Shown here: positions 47,603 through 56,334 of the stretch, piece after piece
Position numbering within the stretch: the first letter of the stretch is position 1
Layout: each line of letters opens with the position of its first letter
DNA from: Syntrophales bacterium
GTDB lineage: Bacteria; Desulfobacterota; Syntrophia; Syntrophales; UBA2251
DNA length: 64,000 nucleotides
Assembly: GCA_035358035.1 (NCBI GenBank)
Contig: DAOPOS010000003.1
Location: forward strand, 34,513-98,512
Direction: 5' to 3'
Position numbers and translations under genes: made by a program
Notes under the pieces: generated by a model
Databases searched by the model: none
What the model saw: the letters and a program-made list of their open reading frames with translations, nothing else
Told to the model about the DNA's origin: nothing

Positions 47603-48340
47603 ATGAAAATCCAAGTCATCGGTTGCGGGGACGCGTTCGGAAGCGGGGGCCGGTTTAATACCTGCTTCCTTTTAGAAGACGGCGGGCAGCGCATCCTCGT
47701 CGATTGCGGCGCAAGTTCCCTTGTGGCGTTGAAGAAATTCGGCGTGGACCCCGATTCCATCGGGACGGTGGTTCTCACCCATCTTCACGGCGATCATTTT
47801 GGCGGCCTGATTTTCCTGCTGCGCGAGGCGACGCTTTTCAAACGCCGGACGAAGGCCCTGGTTATCGGCGGACCCGAAGGAACCGCCGAAAGGCTGGAGA
47901 ACGCCATGGAAGCCTTCTTTCCCGGCGGGTGGATCGCAAACCCGGCCTTCGGTCTCACCATCATGGAGTATCGCTCGGAAGAGCCCGTGTCCATCGGTCC
48001 GCTGCAGGTGAAACCGTATTCGATGCGTCATGCCTGCGGGGCGCCGCCCTACGCCCTGAGGATCCGTTTCGCCGGCAAGACGATCACCTACACCGGCGAC
48101 ACGGAATGGGTGGATTCCCTCGTTGATGCCTGGAAAGAAAGCGATCTCTTGATCTGCGAGTCGTACGTCTACTCGACGCCCGTCAACAAGCACTTAAGCT
48201 ATGAAACCGTCGCCGCCCGGCTGTCTGAGATCAACCCCAAACGGGTCCTCCTGACCCACCTCAACCAGGACATGCTCGATCGCCTGGCCGAATCGAAATA
48301 CCCGATAGCCCGGGACGGAATGATCATCGATCTTCACTGA
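47603..48340 (+). CDS. metallo-beta-lactamase-fold hydrolase
   Basis: THLHGDHFGG (HxHxDH motif) and ...TGDTEW.... Confidence 0.8.
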   Translation: MKIQVIGCGDAFGSGGRFNTCFLLEDGGQRILVDCGASSLVALKKFGVDPDSIGTVVLTHLHGDHFGGLIFLLREATLFKRRTKALVIGGPEGTAERLENAMEAFFPGGWIANPAFGLTIMEYRSEEPVSIGPLQVKPYSMRHACGAPPYALRIRFAGKTITYTGDTEWVDSLVDAWKESDLLICESYVYSTPVNKHLSYETVAARLSEINPKRVLLTHLNQDMLDRLAESKYPIARDGMIIDLH

Positions 48341-48453
48341 CGGAAGAGGGTACGATAGAAGGAAAATCCTTGACTTTTCGTCAAGGCTCTATAAACTACC
48401 CCCAAGCCGTAAGGCTGGTGGCCCTTTACCCAAGGTTTAGGACCGTGGCTGCG

Positions 48454-48483
48454 CCTCAGTCGCCGTTAAGACTGGGGCTTTTT
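48454..48483 (+). terminator. hairpin plus T-tract at the left island edge
   Basis: CCTCAGTC (48454-48461) / GACTGGGG (48470-48477) with one G-U pair, followed by CTTTTT. The loop contains the stop codon of the minus-strand 48466..48765 ORF. Confidence 0.45.
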
Positions 48484-48765
48484 CGTTTCCAGTAAAGTGC
48501 TTTCCCGCCGGATCTTTGCCAAGTATGCTTTATCTGCCGGGAAAGCGGTGATGAACTCAAGCACATTCTGCCCTTTTCGCTCTTCCAACACGACCACATA
48601 CCGTTCCTCGACAACAATCAAAACCCGCCGCTTCTTCATCCGGCCACGGCTGTCCCTGCGGTACTCAAGCCTCCGTTCAATGCTGCCCTTCGATACGGTC
48701 AAAACCTCCTTGACCCAGAGGATACAGCGCGCCCGCTTTTTTAGAAAAGGAACCATCATGAACAC
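48466..48765 (-). CDS. hypothetical 99-aa protein (possibly a small RelE/BrnT-like toxin fold; unverified)
   Basis: ORF only. ...RRVLIVVEERYVVVLEERKGQNVLEFITAFPADKAYLAKIRRE... No confident family assignment. Confidence 0.35.
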   Translation of the reverse strand: MFMMVPFLKKRARCILWVKEVLTVSKGSIERRLEYRRDSRGRMKKRRVLIVVEERYVVVLEERKGQNVLEFITAFPADKAYLAKIRRESTLLETKKPQS

Positions 48766-48815
48766 CGCTTATGAAGCGATGGGCTGTGCTTTTGGAAAAG
48801 GCGTGTGCAGGTGGG

Positions 48816-48935
48816 TCAGTTTTCAGCTACCACAATCATTCTTCTGTGAATCCCCTGACCGAGGGCCTCGCGAGTGCAGATGATCCTGTCTTGCTGGCGG
48901 ATGATCTCGATTGCCTTGCTTCTTGTTGTATCCAT
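48816..48935 (-). pseudogene. 39-codon remnant resembling the N-terminal winged-helix of AbiEi_4-type antitoxins
   Basis: Translated by hand: MDTTRSKAIEIIRQQDRIICTREALGQGIHRRMIVVAEN*. The pattern A.E.I....II.T.EAL..GIH matches remembered AbiEi N-termini. It is truncated after about 39 aa. Confidence 0.3.
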
Positions 48936-48950
48936 GGGCAGGCACAGCAT

Positions 48951-48979
48951 AAAAAGGCGGCAACATATTGAGTTTGCCG
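48951..48979 (-). terminator. weak hairpin plus T-tract after the AIPR gene
   Basis: CGGCAA (48958-48963) / TTGCCG (48974-48979) with a 10-nt loop. On the minus strand it is followed by CCTTTTT. Confidence 0.3.
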
Positions 48980-49085
48980 ACTTTTTATGACCTAGTCATG
49001 CCTAGCTTGTCGTCCGAGGGGGGGGTAAAGAGGGGCTACAATCCCTTAAATTTTAAAAGGTGTTAAAATATCTATTGTTATGTCA

Positions 49086-51167
49086 CTATGGATACCCAAA
49101 GCCTTCAGCTATCATCCTCGAACGGATTTCAAGTAATTTTGGGCATTGGAAATCAGGAGGTATCCTGTTCGGTATACGCGCTGCGATACTAACAATCTTC
49201 TTTTCATCAGGCGTAAGCAAATTTTTCTTCTCAGCCCAATTGCTGATCTGCTGCCAATACTTGCCACCAAGTTGGACAACCTCTGCCTGTGCCGCAATAC
49301 CATTGTCCGTTTTTTGCAGTTTCTTCGCATCCTTTTTAACCGTCAGGAGCTCTGCCTTGTCCACTAGATCCGCGACGAATGAAGAAAGCAATGGAACCTT
49401 AATACTCTCTACCCTTTCCCAGCAGAGTTTCTTCTTACACCACTCCGTCACATTATCGACGAGCCTGTCTTCAGACACGATGGTATTGAAAACCGCCTCA
49501 GCTATCTGTTCAAGCTGTAACTCCATGGCCTTTGAAATACCCTGCTTCCCCCATATCGCTCTGAAGTCAAGAACCCTGCCTCCTGCCGATGTTCTGATCA
49601 TCATGGCAAGCTTGGCAATTGAATACGCAACGACGTTAGCCCTGTAACCGCCTTGATACCAAGGTTGTCTTGAAACCATTCTTTCTGTGTATTTCCAGAT
49701 GATAGCCCGTGCGACAATGTTTTTGAAATATTCTTCATTGAACTCAGAGTCGGATGCCTTCCACAATTCATCGATATGTCCTGCAAAATCCCTGAAGTTC
49801 TTTTGTGCACCAAGGCTAATAACATGGGGAATTTCTCGCCAAGCGTTCTCATACTTGGCAAGGTCCGTTTTTGTTATGAGTTGCTCGCGGGGATTCTGTT
49901 GCAGAAATCTGCGCTTCTCTGAGGGGGTCATCCTTACCTGTTCGTTAAGAAATTGTCCCCTCGCGCGTTCATAAAACCAGTGCGTCTCGTGTTGAGCCCC
50001 AGCAACAGCCGGTGCCCAAAGATGTCGCGAATGTGTCTCTATTCTCCGATGGAAAGGATGGTTAGAAAAGAAATCGGCTTCGCTTACTTTATTTTGGCTG
50101 TTTGCAGAACGCGAGATCTGCGGAATAAGTTCATCCGCCCGTTCTGGTCCAATAACGGAAAGTTTCATCTGTACAAAAATGTCTTTAAGCTCTGCCCTGT
50201 CTTTCCGTTTTGCCGTTGTCAGGGATGCGGTTGTCTGACCCCCATTAACAATCTGCAGATCGTCTGCACAGAGAATACCAAGCCCGTTTCCACCGCGTGC
50301 CACTTCTACGGTGCTGGCCGTAACTGCAATTCCATTATTGAATGCGAAAAACATTGAGGGCTGACTGAGGATTGTACTCCTTATACCGCTGTTGACACTT
50401 TTTGCTCCCCTTATGCCAAGAAAAGACCGGACATTTCTTTCGAGAAGCCGGCTTCCGTATCTGTCATAAAGATCGGCCAAGACAGTTGCAGGAATGACAC
50501 ATAAATAAGCTTTATATTCATCGCCCGTCTGGCTGGCTTCCAGACAGGGAATACCTTCTGGCATGAATTCTCGGAAGTCAATCTTCAGTTCATCCCGGCC
50601 AGTAGCAGCTTCAAAAGCCCTATGAAACCGGGCAGCATCCCAGATATGGAACTCGAATGGCTTATCGTTGATAATTCTTTCTGGCCAGTCTTTGACGCGA
50701 CTGCTCAGCACTGCGTCTGTCGCAAGGTAAAGCCTCAACCGCGCGATTGCCTGTTGATTCCTGAATATCTCAGTTGCTAGTGCGCGTGCCGGTGAACTGT
50801 CCTCAAGCTGCGGGTGAAGCATTCCCGACATTGCTTCTGTGATAAATGCAGTCAACCGTGAAAACATTGTTGAAGCATCCGTCTGTGTTAAAGTTTCAGC
50901 CACTGCGCCTCCTCGGAAATCAACTATCAGGAGCTTGAGTGAGTCATCAGATTCATCGAATGAATATCCATCTATGCCAAGTTTCAGGCGGCGGTCCTTT
51001 ACCCCGTTTCCTTCATGGTAACAGTGCTCAAAATCCGACAATTCCTCGGCATCCATGAGTTTCTCAGAAACTATTGTCACAAAAGCCGCATGGGTTATAT
51101 CGCCCTCTGCGGCTGCATGTGATTTGACTGTTTCAAGGAAGTCTTTCCGGAATTCTTCAATATCCAT
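49086..51167 (-). CDS. AIPR (abortive-infection phage-resistance) family protein
   Basis: N-terminal ...GIDGYSFDESDDSLKLLIVDF..., central ...LQIVNGGQTTASL.... Size about 690 aa. It sits last in the cassette. Family assigned from memory. Confidence 0.75.
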   Translation of the reverse strand: MDIEEFRKDFLETVKSHAAAEGDITHAAFVTIVSEKLMDAEELSDFEHCYHEGNGVKDRRLKLGIDGYSFDESDDSLKLLIVDFRGGAVAETLTQTDASTMFSRLTAFITEAMSGMLHPQLEDSSPARALATEIFRNQQAIARLRLYLATDAVLSSRVKDWPERIINDKPFEFHIWDAARFHRAFEAATGRDELKIDFREFMPEGIPCLEASQTGDEYKAYLCVIPATVLADLYDRYGSRLLERNVRSFLGIRGAKSVNSGIRSTILSQPSMFFAFNNGIAVTASTVEVARGGNGLGILCADDLQIVNGGQTTASLTTAKRKDRAELKDIFVQMKLSVIGPERADELIPQISRSANSQNKVSEADFFSNHPFHRRIETHSRHLWAPAVAGAQHETHWFYERARGQFLNEQVRMTPSEKRRFLQQNPREQLITKTDLAKYENAWREIPHVISLGAQKNFRDFAGHIDELWKASDSEFNEEYFKNIVARAIIWKYTERMVSRQPWYQGGYRANVVAYSIAKLAMMIRTSAGGRVLDFRAIWGKQGISKAMELQLEQIAEAVFNTIVSEDRLVDNVTEWCKKKLCWERVESIKVPLLSSFVADLVDKAELLTVKKDAKKLQKTDNGIAAQAEVVQLGGKYWQQISNWAEKKNLLTPDEKKIVSIAARIPNRIPPDFQCPKLLEIRSRMIAEGFGYP

Positions 51168-51184
51168 CTGAATCCTCCGTTTGT

Positions 51185-52105
51185 TTATTTTTCAAACGGT
51201 TCACAGAAGGTCAAATCCAGCTCGTATGTTACTTTGTTAATACCTGATGAAAGGCTTGATCTGATAATCCGTGGGAACCCATCGCGGACCGTAAAAAAAC
51301 GAAATATCCCGGATTTAAAAAAAAGATTCCTGTATTCATCGCTGTCAATGTATCCTGCAGCAAGCAAACGTTCTTCGAAAGTGGATAAGGCAACAGGGTC
51401 TTCTTTCAGCAGGCGCCTCATATCGTTAACAATGTCCGGGAGTGAAAATGCATCCGTGGATTCTCGATCTACAGGATCAAGGATTATTGCAACCAGCTCC
51501 AGTGGCTTGACGGCATCATCAAGCTGATCAGCAGAGGATATAATTACTCTTGAGAAACCGGTACGGATCGACTTTACTTCAAAATATCCATCCGGATAAT
51601 GGAAATCCTGTGCTGCATCGAGTGGACCCATCCAGCCTGTGATTGCCGGCCCAAGACCATATCGGGGTGTTGAGATCTGCCTGAGAAACAGCAATTCGCA
51701 GATAAGCCCTCTCAATGCTGATTCGTCCAGCAGCCCCGTATGGCCATGCTTAAGGAGACGTTGCCATCTTTCAAAACGGGCGAGCACGAACCGGGCAGGA
51801 TTTGTCTTATCTGAAAGATTCCGGCTCGATTCGACAAGATCCTCGCAGAGATGAGAAAATAACCTGCCCAGCTCCGACCGCACGAGACGAAACATCAGAG
51901 CCCACTGTCCATCATGCCTCTTCCTGCATATAACGTTAATTGCCTGACTCTGTACGGGTACGGTTTCCTCACCCTGAGTAATGAGGAGTAGAACACGGTC
52001 GCCGGACACATCGATACCAAGATAGAAATCCAGAGGATGATCTTCATCAATCCTTTGAAATCCACCAAGCTCAAGTATTTCCCACCGTGCTTCAATTGGC
52101 ATCAT
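51185..52105 (-). CDS. PD-(D/E)XK-motif nuclease-like protein (DUF4420-like)
   Basis: ...GLICELLFL...GPLDAAQDFHYPDGYFEVKSI... (D...E-x-K arrangement). It overlaps the upstream Z1 gene by 14 nt. Confidence 0.7.
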   Translation of the reverse strand: MMPIEARWEILELGGFQRIDEDHPLDFYLGIDVSGDRVLLLITQGEETVPVQSQAINVICRKRHDGQWALMFRLVRSELGRLFSHLCEDLVESSRNLSDKTNPARFVLARFERWQRLLKHGHTGLLDESALRGLICELLFLRQISTPRYGLGPAITGWMGPLDAAQDFHYPDGYFEVKSIRTGFSRVIISSADQLDDAVKPLELVAIILDPVDRESTDAFSLPDIVNDMRRLLKEDPVALSTFEERLLAAGYIDSDEYRNLFFKSGIFRFFTVRDGFPRIIRSSLSSGINKVTYELDLTFCEPFEK

Positions 52106-54785
52106 CTATATTCTCCAGATCGTCGTCTACTTCTTCCTGGAACATGTTTCTCCATTCAACCAGGTTAATCCGATATCTGACGCGGCGGGCTATGTCGGTA
52201 TCATCGAATTGCGGAAAACTCAGGCCTACGGCAACAAGAGGAATACCACCTGCTTCATATTCCTGGCCTTCATCCGTAAAAGGTTTCAGCAGATGTACAA
52301 GGAGCAGAGGCCGCTGTCTCTTTTTTCGATATTCCTTATCCGGTACGTTTTTCCCTTCATTATTAGCTCGATATTCGTCTTCTATTTTCGTAACCGACTC
52401 ATAGGGGATACCTTCCTTCTCGATTCCCCGTGAACCAACACGCATTGATCTGCCTGATATAAAAATTGATTGCGTATCGCTGTAAGCCTTGACTCCTCGC
52501 TTTTGAGGCCGGTATGTAATTCCAGATATATTTGCAGGAGCCTCTCCTCCGTTTGGCAGTACAATATCCCATAGCTGAAGTTTGGGCTCATCCGTCCTTT
52601 CCAGAAATGACACAAGGCTTTCTCTTTGAAAGGTCGTGTTGAGTGGATGACTGTCAAATCTCCCGAGAAACTGACAGACGATGTCTTTCGGCACATTATG
52701 CCAGATATTATTCCCCCATCGCGATGTTTCATTTGGTTTTCCCGCTGCAGCTAATGCTGCGATCAGTGTCTCCACTGCAAGCTTATTTGCCCGGTTTATG
52801 TCTTGAGATTTCTGCAGACGGGGCGTTTCAATCCCCTGACCACTTACGGAAATCACTCTTTCTATGGTTTGCGCCGACCGCATCTTGTTTCTGGCTGTAA
52901 CGATAAGAGCATCTGGATGGGCTCGCACTTTCAGTCCAAAATCTTCAGGCGTCAACTTGATGGCACTCATTCTGCGAATTTCACCGCGCAGTTCTTCTGT
53001 TGCAGAAGTGATGTGTTGATACCAGCTGCTGGCTTCCTCTGAGAGCCAGATGCTGCAAAGATCTGCATAACCGTCTCTGTACCCGAACCATCTTCCCATT
53101 TGAAGAAGCGTATCATACATTTGGGAATTCCTAAGAAAATAGCTTGTTGAAAGCCCTTCGAGTGTCAGTCCTCGAGAGAGACTGTTTCCACCAACGGCGA
53201 CAACCCTCAGTCCCGTATCTCTATATGCGGAATAATCGAGACTTGCTGCACCGGTTCTCTGGTTCACGGCTCTGACTTCGATGGGCAAAGCGGCACGCAA
53301 GAGCGCCCGCTGAACATCTGGCCATTCAAACCCGGTTCTTCCGAATTCTCTTTCCCAGATATTGCGGATAGCCGCGATTTTTACAGAGCGACTTGCTTCA
53401 GCGGGGGGTAGTTGACTGTAGTTGCGAATTTCCCTGCTTATCTCACGCAACTCATAATCCAGCATCCCCGCAAGCTGATCTTGGACATCGGTAAATCGAC
53501 TTACATTCACAAGCATTGAGCGATGCGTATTTCCCTCTCCGCGGAGGTCACGCAGGGTATTTGAGAGTATGAAGAATCTGAGTGCCTCAAGAAGGCTTTC
53601 TGGTAAATGGTCTATAATCAGATTACGCCTGTGCCTTGGCGGAAACACTTCTTCTGCATCATTGATTTCCCTGAGAATGTCGAGAGTTGCATTGTCTCCG
53701 AAAATAATCTGGGATCCAATGTAATTTGTGGGCGATTCCAAAGAATATATAAAATGTCTTGGGAAAAGATCATCACCGATCATCTCTCTATCTGAGTCAG
53801 GATCAATGAAAATATTCGCAAAAGGTGTGGCCGTAAATCCCACGTAACTGGATCGTGTAAAAAGATTGAGAAGCGCCCTGATTCTTTCATTGATGGCTGT
53901 TGGATCACTGTTTGCCGGATTTGTGTTTATCGAAGCATTATCAGCTTCATCATCAATAAACAGCACCGGTATATCTATTCTTCCATTGGTGTCCGCATTG
54001 TACGATCTCAACCAGTTTTCAAGGTTCTCAAGAATCCTTTTATTCTTCTTGACTACGACCAGGACTGGTTCTCTGAATGAATTCAGCTTGAAACCCAGTG
54101 TATTCATCAGCGAGCTCTTGAAGTCAGTCGTTTTGGAGGTAAAAACTCCTGCTGTCCTTCGTCTGTCAAGCAACCCGACCCCAACTTCTCTGGTTATTCG
54201 CTGCTGCGAGAGTAGTCCCGCACTGTCGAGTCCGACAAAACCAGCGTCAAGTCGTTCCTGGGTCTGACGACGGAGATTCTCCAGTGTGCCTGTCATGAGT
54301 ATGATAAGCCTGTAACCGGCATCTGCTGCCTTACAGCAAAGCGCTATATAGGTAGCCGTCTTGCCGGACTGAACATCACCCATTACAAGTCCCCTGCGCT
54401 TCCATTGGCCATCCCTGGATGGATCACCCATCAGATCGAGGACTTCATCGGCTATTCTGTCCAAGGTGCTGGTGACTCTTGGTGGCCAGCCATTCCGATT
54501 CAGGTACTTCTCATACCGCTGCCAATAATAGGGATCCATATCAGGCCGCCGTGCTGGCAACCATGATTGATGATCTCTTTCAACGACGGCAGTTCCTGTA
54601 TCCATCACGATGCGCAGCCTTGCATGGAGTCTTCGGACAATGATATCGCGTTCATCATCCGAGACCTGAAACATAGCTCTGAAGCCTTCAACAAGTCCGA
54701 GAATTGCCTCTTCAGTAGGCAACTGGTCCAGATTTAGAGTGGCTATAACCGCATTTTCGATCCGGAGGACATTTTCAGCCGACAT
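52092..54785 (-). CDS. Z1-domain P-loop NTPase (helicase-like)
   Basis: Walker A GDVQSGKT and Walker B/DEAD-like VLFIDDEADNAS. About 897 aa. It overlaps the upstream ATPase gene by 11 nt. Confidence 0.8.
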   Translation of the reverse strand: MSAENVLRIENAVIATLNLDQLPTEEAILGLVEGFRAMFQVSDDERDIIVRRLHARLRIVMDTGTAVVERDHQSWLPARRPDMDPYYWQRYEKYLNRNGWPPRVTSTLDRIADEVLDLMGDPSRDGQWKRRGLVMGDVQSGKTATYIALCCKAADAGYRLIILMTGTLENLRRQTQERLDAGFVGLDSAGLLSQQRITREVGVGLLDRRRTAGVFTSKTTDFKSSLMNTLGFKLNSFREPVLVVVKKNKRILENLENWLRSYNADTNGRIDIPVLFIDDEADNASINTNPANSDPTAINERIRALLNLFTRSSYVGFTATPFANIFIDPDSDREMIGDDLFPRHFIYSLESPTNYIGSQIIFGDNATLDILREINDAEEVFPPRHRRNLIIDHLPESLLEALRFFILSNTLRDLRGEGNTHRSMLVNVSRFTDVQDQLAGMLDYELREISREIRNYSQLPPAEASRSVKIAAIRNIWEREFGRTGFEWPDVQRALLRAALPIEVRAVNQRTGAASLDYSAYRDTGLRVVAVGGNSLSRGLTLEGLSTSYFLRNSQMYDTLLQMGRWFGYRDGYADLCSIWLSEEASSWYQHITSATEELRGEIRRMSAIKLTPEDFGLKVRAHPDALIVTARNKMRSAQTIERVISVSGQGIETPRLQKSQDINRANKLAVETLIAALAAAGKPNETSRWGNNIWHNVPKDIVCQFLGRFDSHPLNTTFQRESLVSFLERTDEPKLQLWDIVLPNGGEAPANISGITYRPQKRGVKAYSDTQSIFISGRSMRVGSRGIEKEGIPYESVTKIEDEYRANNEGKNVPDKEYRKKRQRPLLLVHLLKPFTDEGQEYEAGGIPLVAVGLSFPQFDDTDIARRVRYRINLVEWRNMFQEEVDDDLENIDDAN

Positions 54786-56247
54786 TTGAAAGCTCCTTGA
54801 TTATGGATTCTGTAATTTCAGGATACTGGCAGAAGGGCTCAAGGAGAATGAGCCGTTCTAACAGTCTCTCTCTGCCTCCCTCAATAGTATCAGCTGCTGT
54901 GAGCAGGCACTGCGCGAGTTCGATTAATTTCCCTTCAAGATTTTCTTCCAGATAAATTCTTGGTCTTTCTGAGGCCATATCGGCGTAAAGAGCATCTGCA
55001 GGAAAGGTTCGTTCCAACGTTTCAAGAACGAGCTCAAAAAGTTTGATGTCGTCAGCACTCAGTCTGTCTGTGAACGCAGAAACCAGTGGATGACGGCGGT
55101 TTACAATGTAGCTTATGCCATCCCTTCCTTCCATACGGGTCCATGAATGCACAAGCTTGTCATTGATTGTGGAACGACCGCGATATGTATAGACTCTGCG
55201 ACTTGTCCCCACAATTTTATCTATGATTCTTCTGAAATTCTGCCTGACCTCTTCTGGTGGATGAGCTGTAGATTTCTTGATATCAATAGTCCAGAGGTGA
55301 TCGAGCGCCGTGGGAATATCCACCCGGACCCGCGCAAGTTTTGATAGCTCCTCCTGTCGTGCTAGGCGAAACCATGTTCCCCAGATGATCAGGCGGCGAT
55401 TACGATAAATGTAGAACCCCTGATAACGCCGTAAACCCTCTTCTCCCCCGGCTTGTCGTAACTCAGCAGGTGTAAGTTTGCTGATATGTGGAAGTATGTA
55501 TGGCTTGATCAAGACGGCATGATTTTCGACCTCAATCAATTCATCCTGCAAAGGTTGGATAGCAGGATGCGACGAAAGAAATGGATCAACTGGAATGACA
55601 GGATTTTCGTTCAGGCGAATTTCAATCCTGCTTGTCGCTACTTCCGTTGACAAATATCGGTGAAATACGAGCGCCAAATGCTCACGCACAGTGTCCATTT
55701 TTTCAGGTAGAGCTCTCGCAATGGAACTCTCACCTGCGCATATTCTGTCAAGTTGCTGCCATATGACCAATGTCCCATGCCCCTGGTTCTGAAGAGCTTT
55801 GAATAACGGTAAATCTTCAATTTCTTCAGGTTCAGGCACATAAAGTATCCAGTCTTCGCGCTGGACAATAAGATCAATATCCCAGCACCTGGCTGCCATT
55901 GTATCATTTTTAATTGATACTACAGTCAGTTTCCGGCATTGGGAGAGAGATGCTGTCTTCAGTCCCAAGCCAAATCTCCCGAGATCATTGTCTGCCCGTA
56001 TTCCCCAAGGATCTCTGCTTCCATGCCTCATAGCCTGAGTGAGCTCGGCTGGTTCCATTCCGGTTCCATCATCGAGGATGGCCACGTAAGGATCATCGTG
56101 TGGTGAGTATCGAACTGATATGCTTTTTGCGGCGGCTGAAATGCTGTTGTCGATGATATCCGCTATAGCGGACTGCAGGGAATAACCTACTGACCGCATT
56201 GATTCAATCAGTGTGGGTGCATAAGGAGAAACTCTGAGTTCAGCCAT
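54775..56247 (-). CDS. GHKL (MORC/MutL-like, HATPase_c_3-type) ATPase
   Basis: Bergerat-fold motifs IADIIDNSISA, ILDDGTGM, GRFGLGLKTAS. Confidence 0.85.
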   Translation of the reverse strand: MAELRVSPYAPTLIESMRSVGYSLQSAIADIIDNSISAAAKSISVRYSPHDDPYVAILDDGTGMEPAELTQAMRHGSRDPWGIRADNDLGRFGLGLKTASLSQCRKLTVVSIKNDTMAARCWDIDLIVQREDWILYVPEPEEIEDLPLFKALQNQGHGTLVIWQQLDRICAGESSIARALPEKMDTVREHLALVFHRYLSTEVATSRIEIRLNENPVIPVDPFLSSHPAIQPLQDELIEVENHAVLIKPYILPHISKLTPAELRQAGGEEGLRRYQGFYIYRNRRLIIWGTWFRLARQEELSKLARVRVDIPTALDHLWTIDIKKSTAHPPEEVRQNFRRIIDKIVGTSRRVYTYRGRSTINDKLVHSWTRMEGRDGISYIVNRRHPLVSAFTDRLSADDIKLFELVLETLERTFPADALYADMASERPRIYLEENLEGKLIELAQCLLTAADTIEGGRERLLERLILLEPFCQYPEITESIIKELSNVG

Positions 56248-56334
56248 GCTCCGAAGCCCTTTCTAGGGTATATTGATAAGAACATCTGCCAGGTATCAGC
56301 TCCAGAATGTAGTTCAACCCACTGGATACTTATA

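Noticed and set aside
48341-48465. A tRNA or tmRNA fragment serving as an integration site at the left island edge
   Set aside because: The sequence has no acceptor or T-arm features such as GGTTCGAAT-like or a CCA-proximal stem, and no matching repeat at the right edge.
48771-48971. A 66-aa plus-strand ORF at the island edge
   Set aside because: It has no SD or recognisable motif, and it overlaps the AbiEi-like remnant, which has a more meaningful translation on the other strand.
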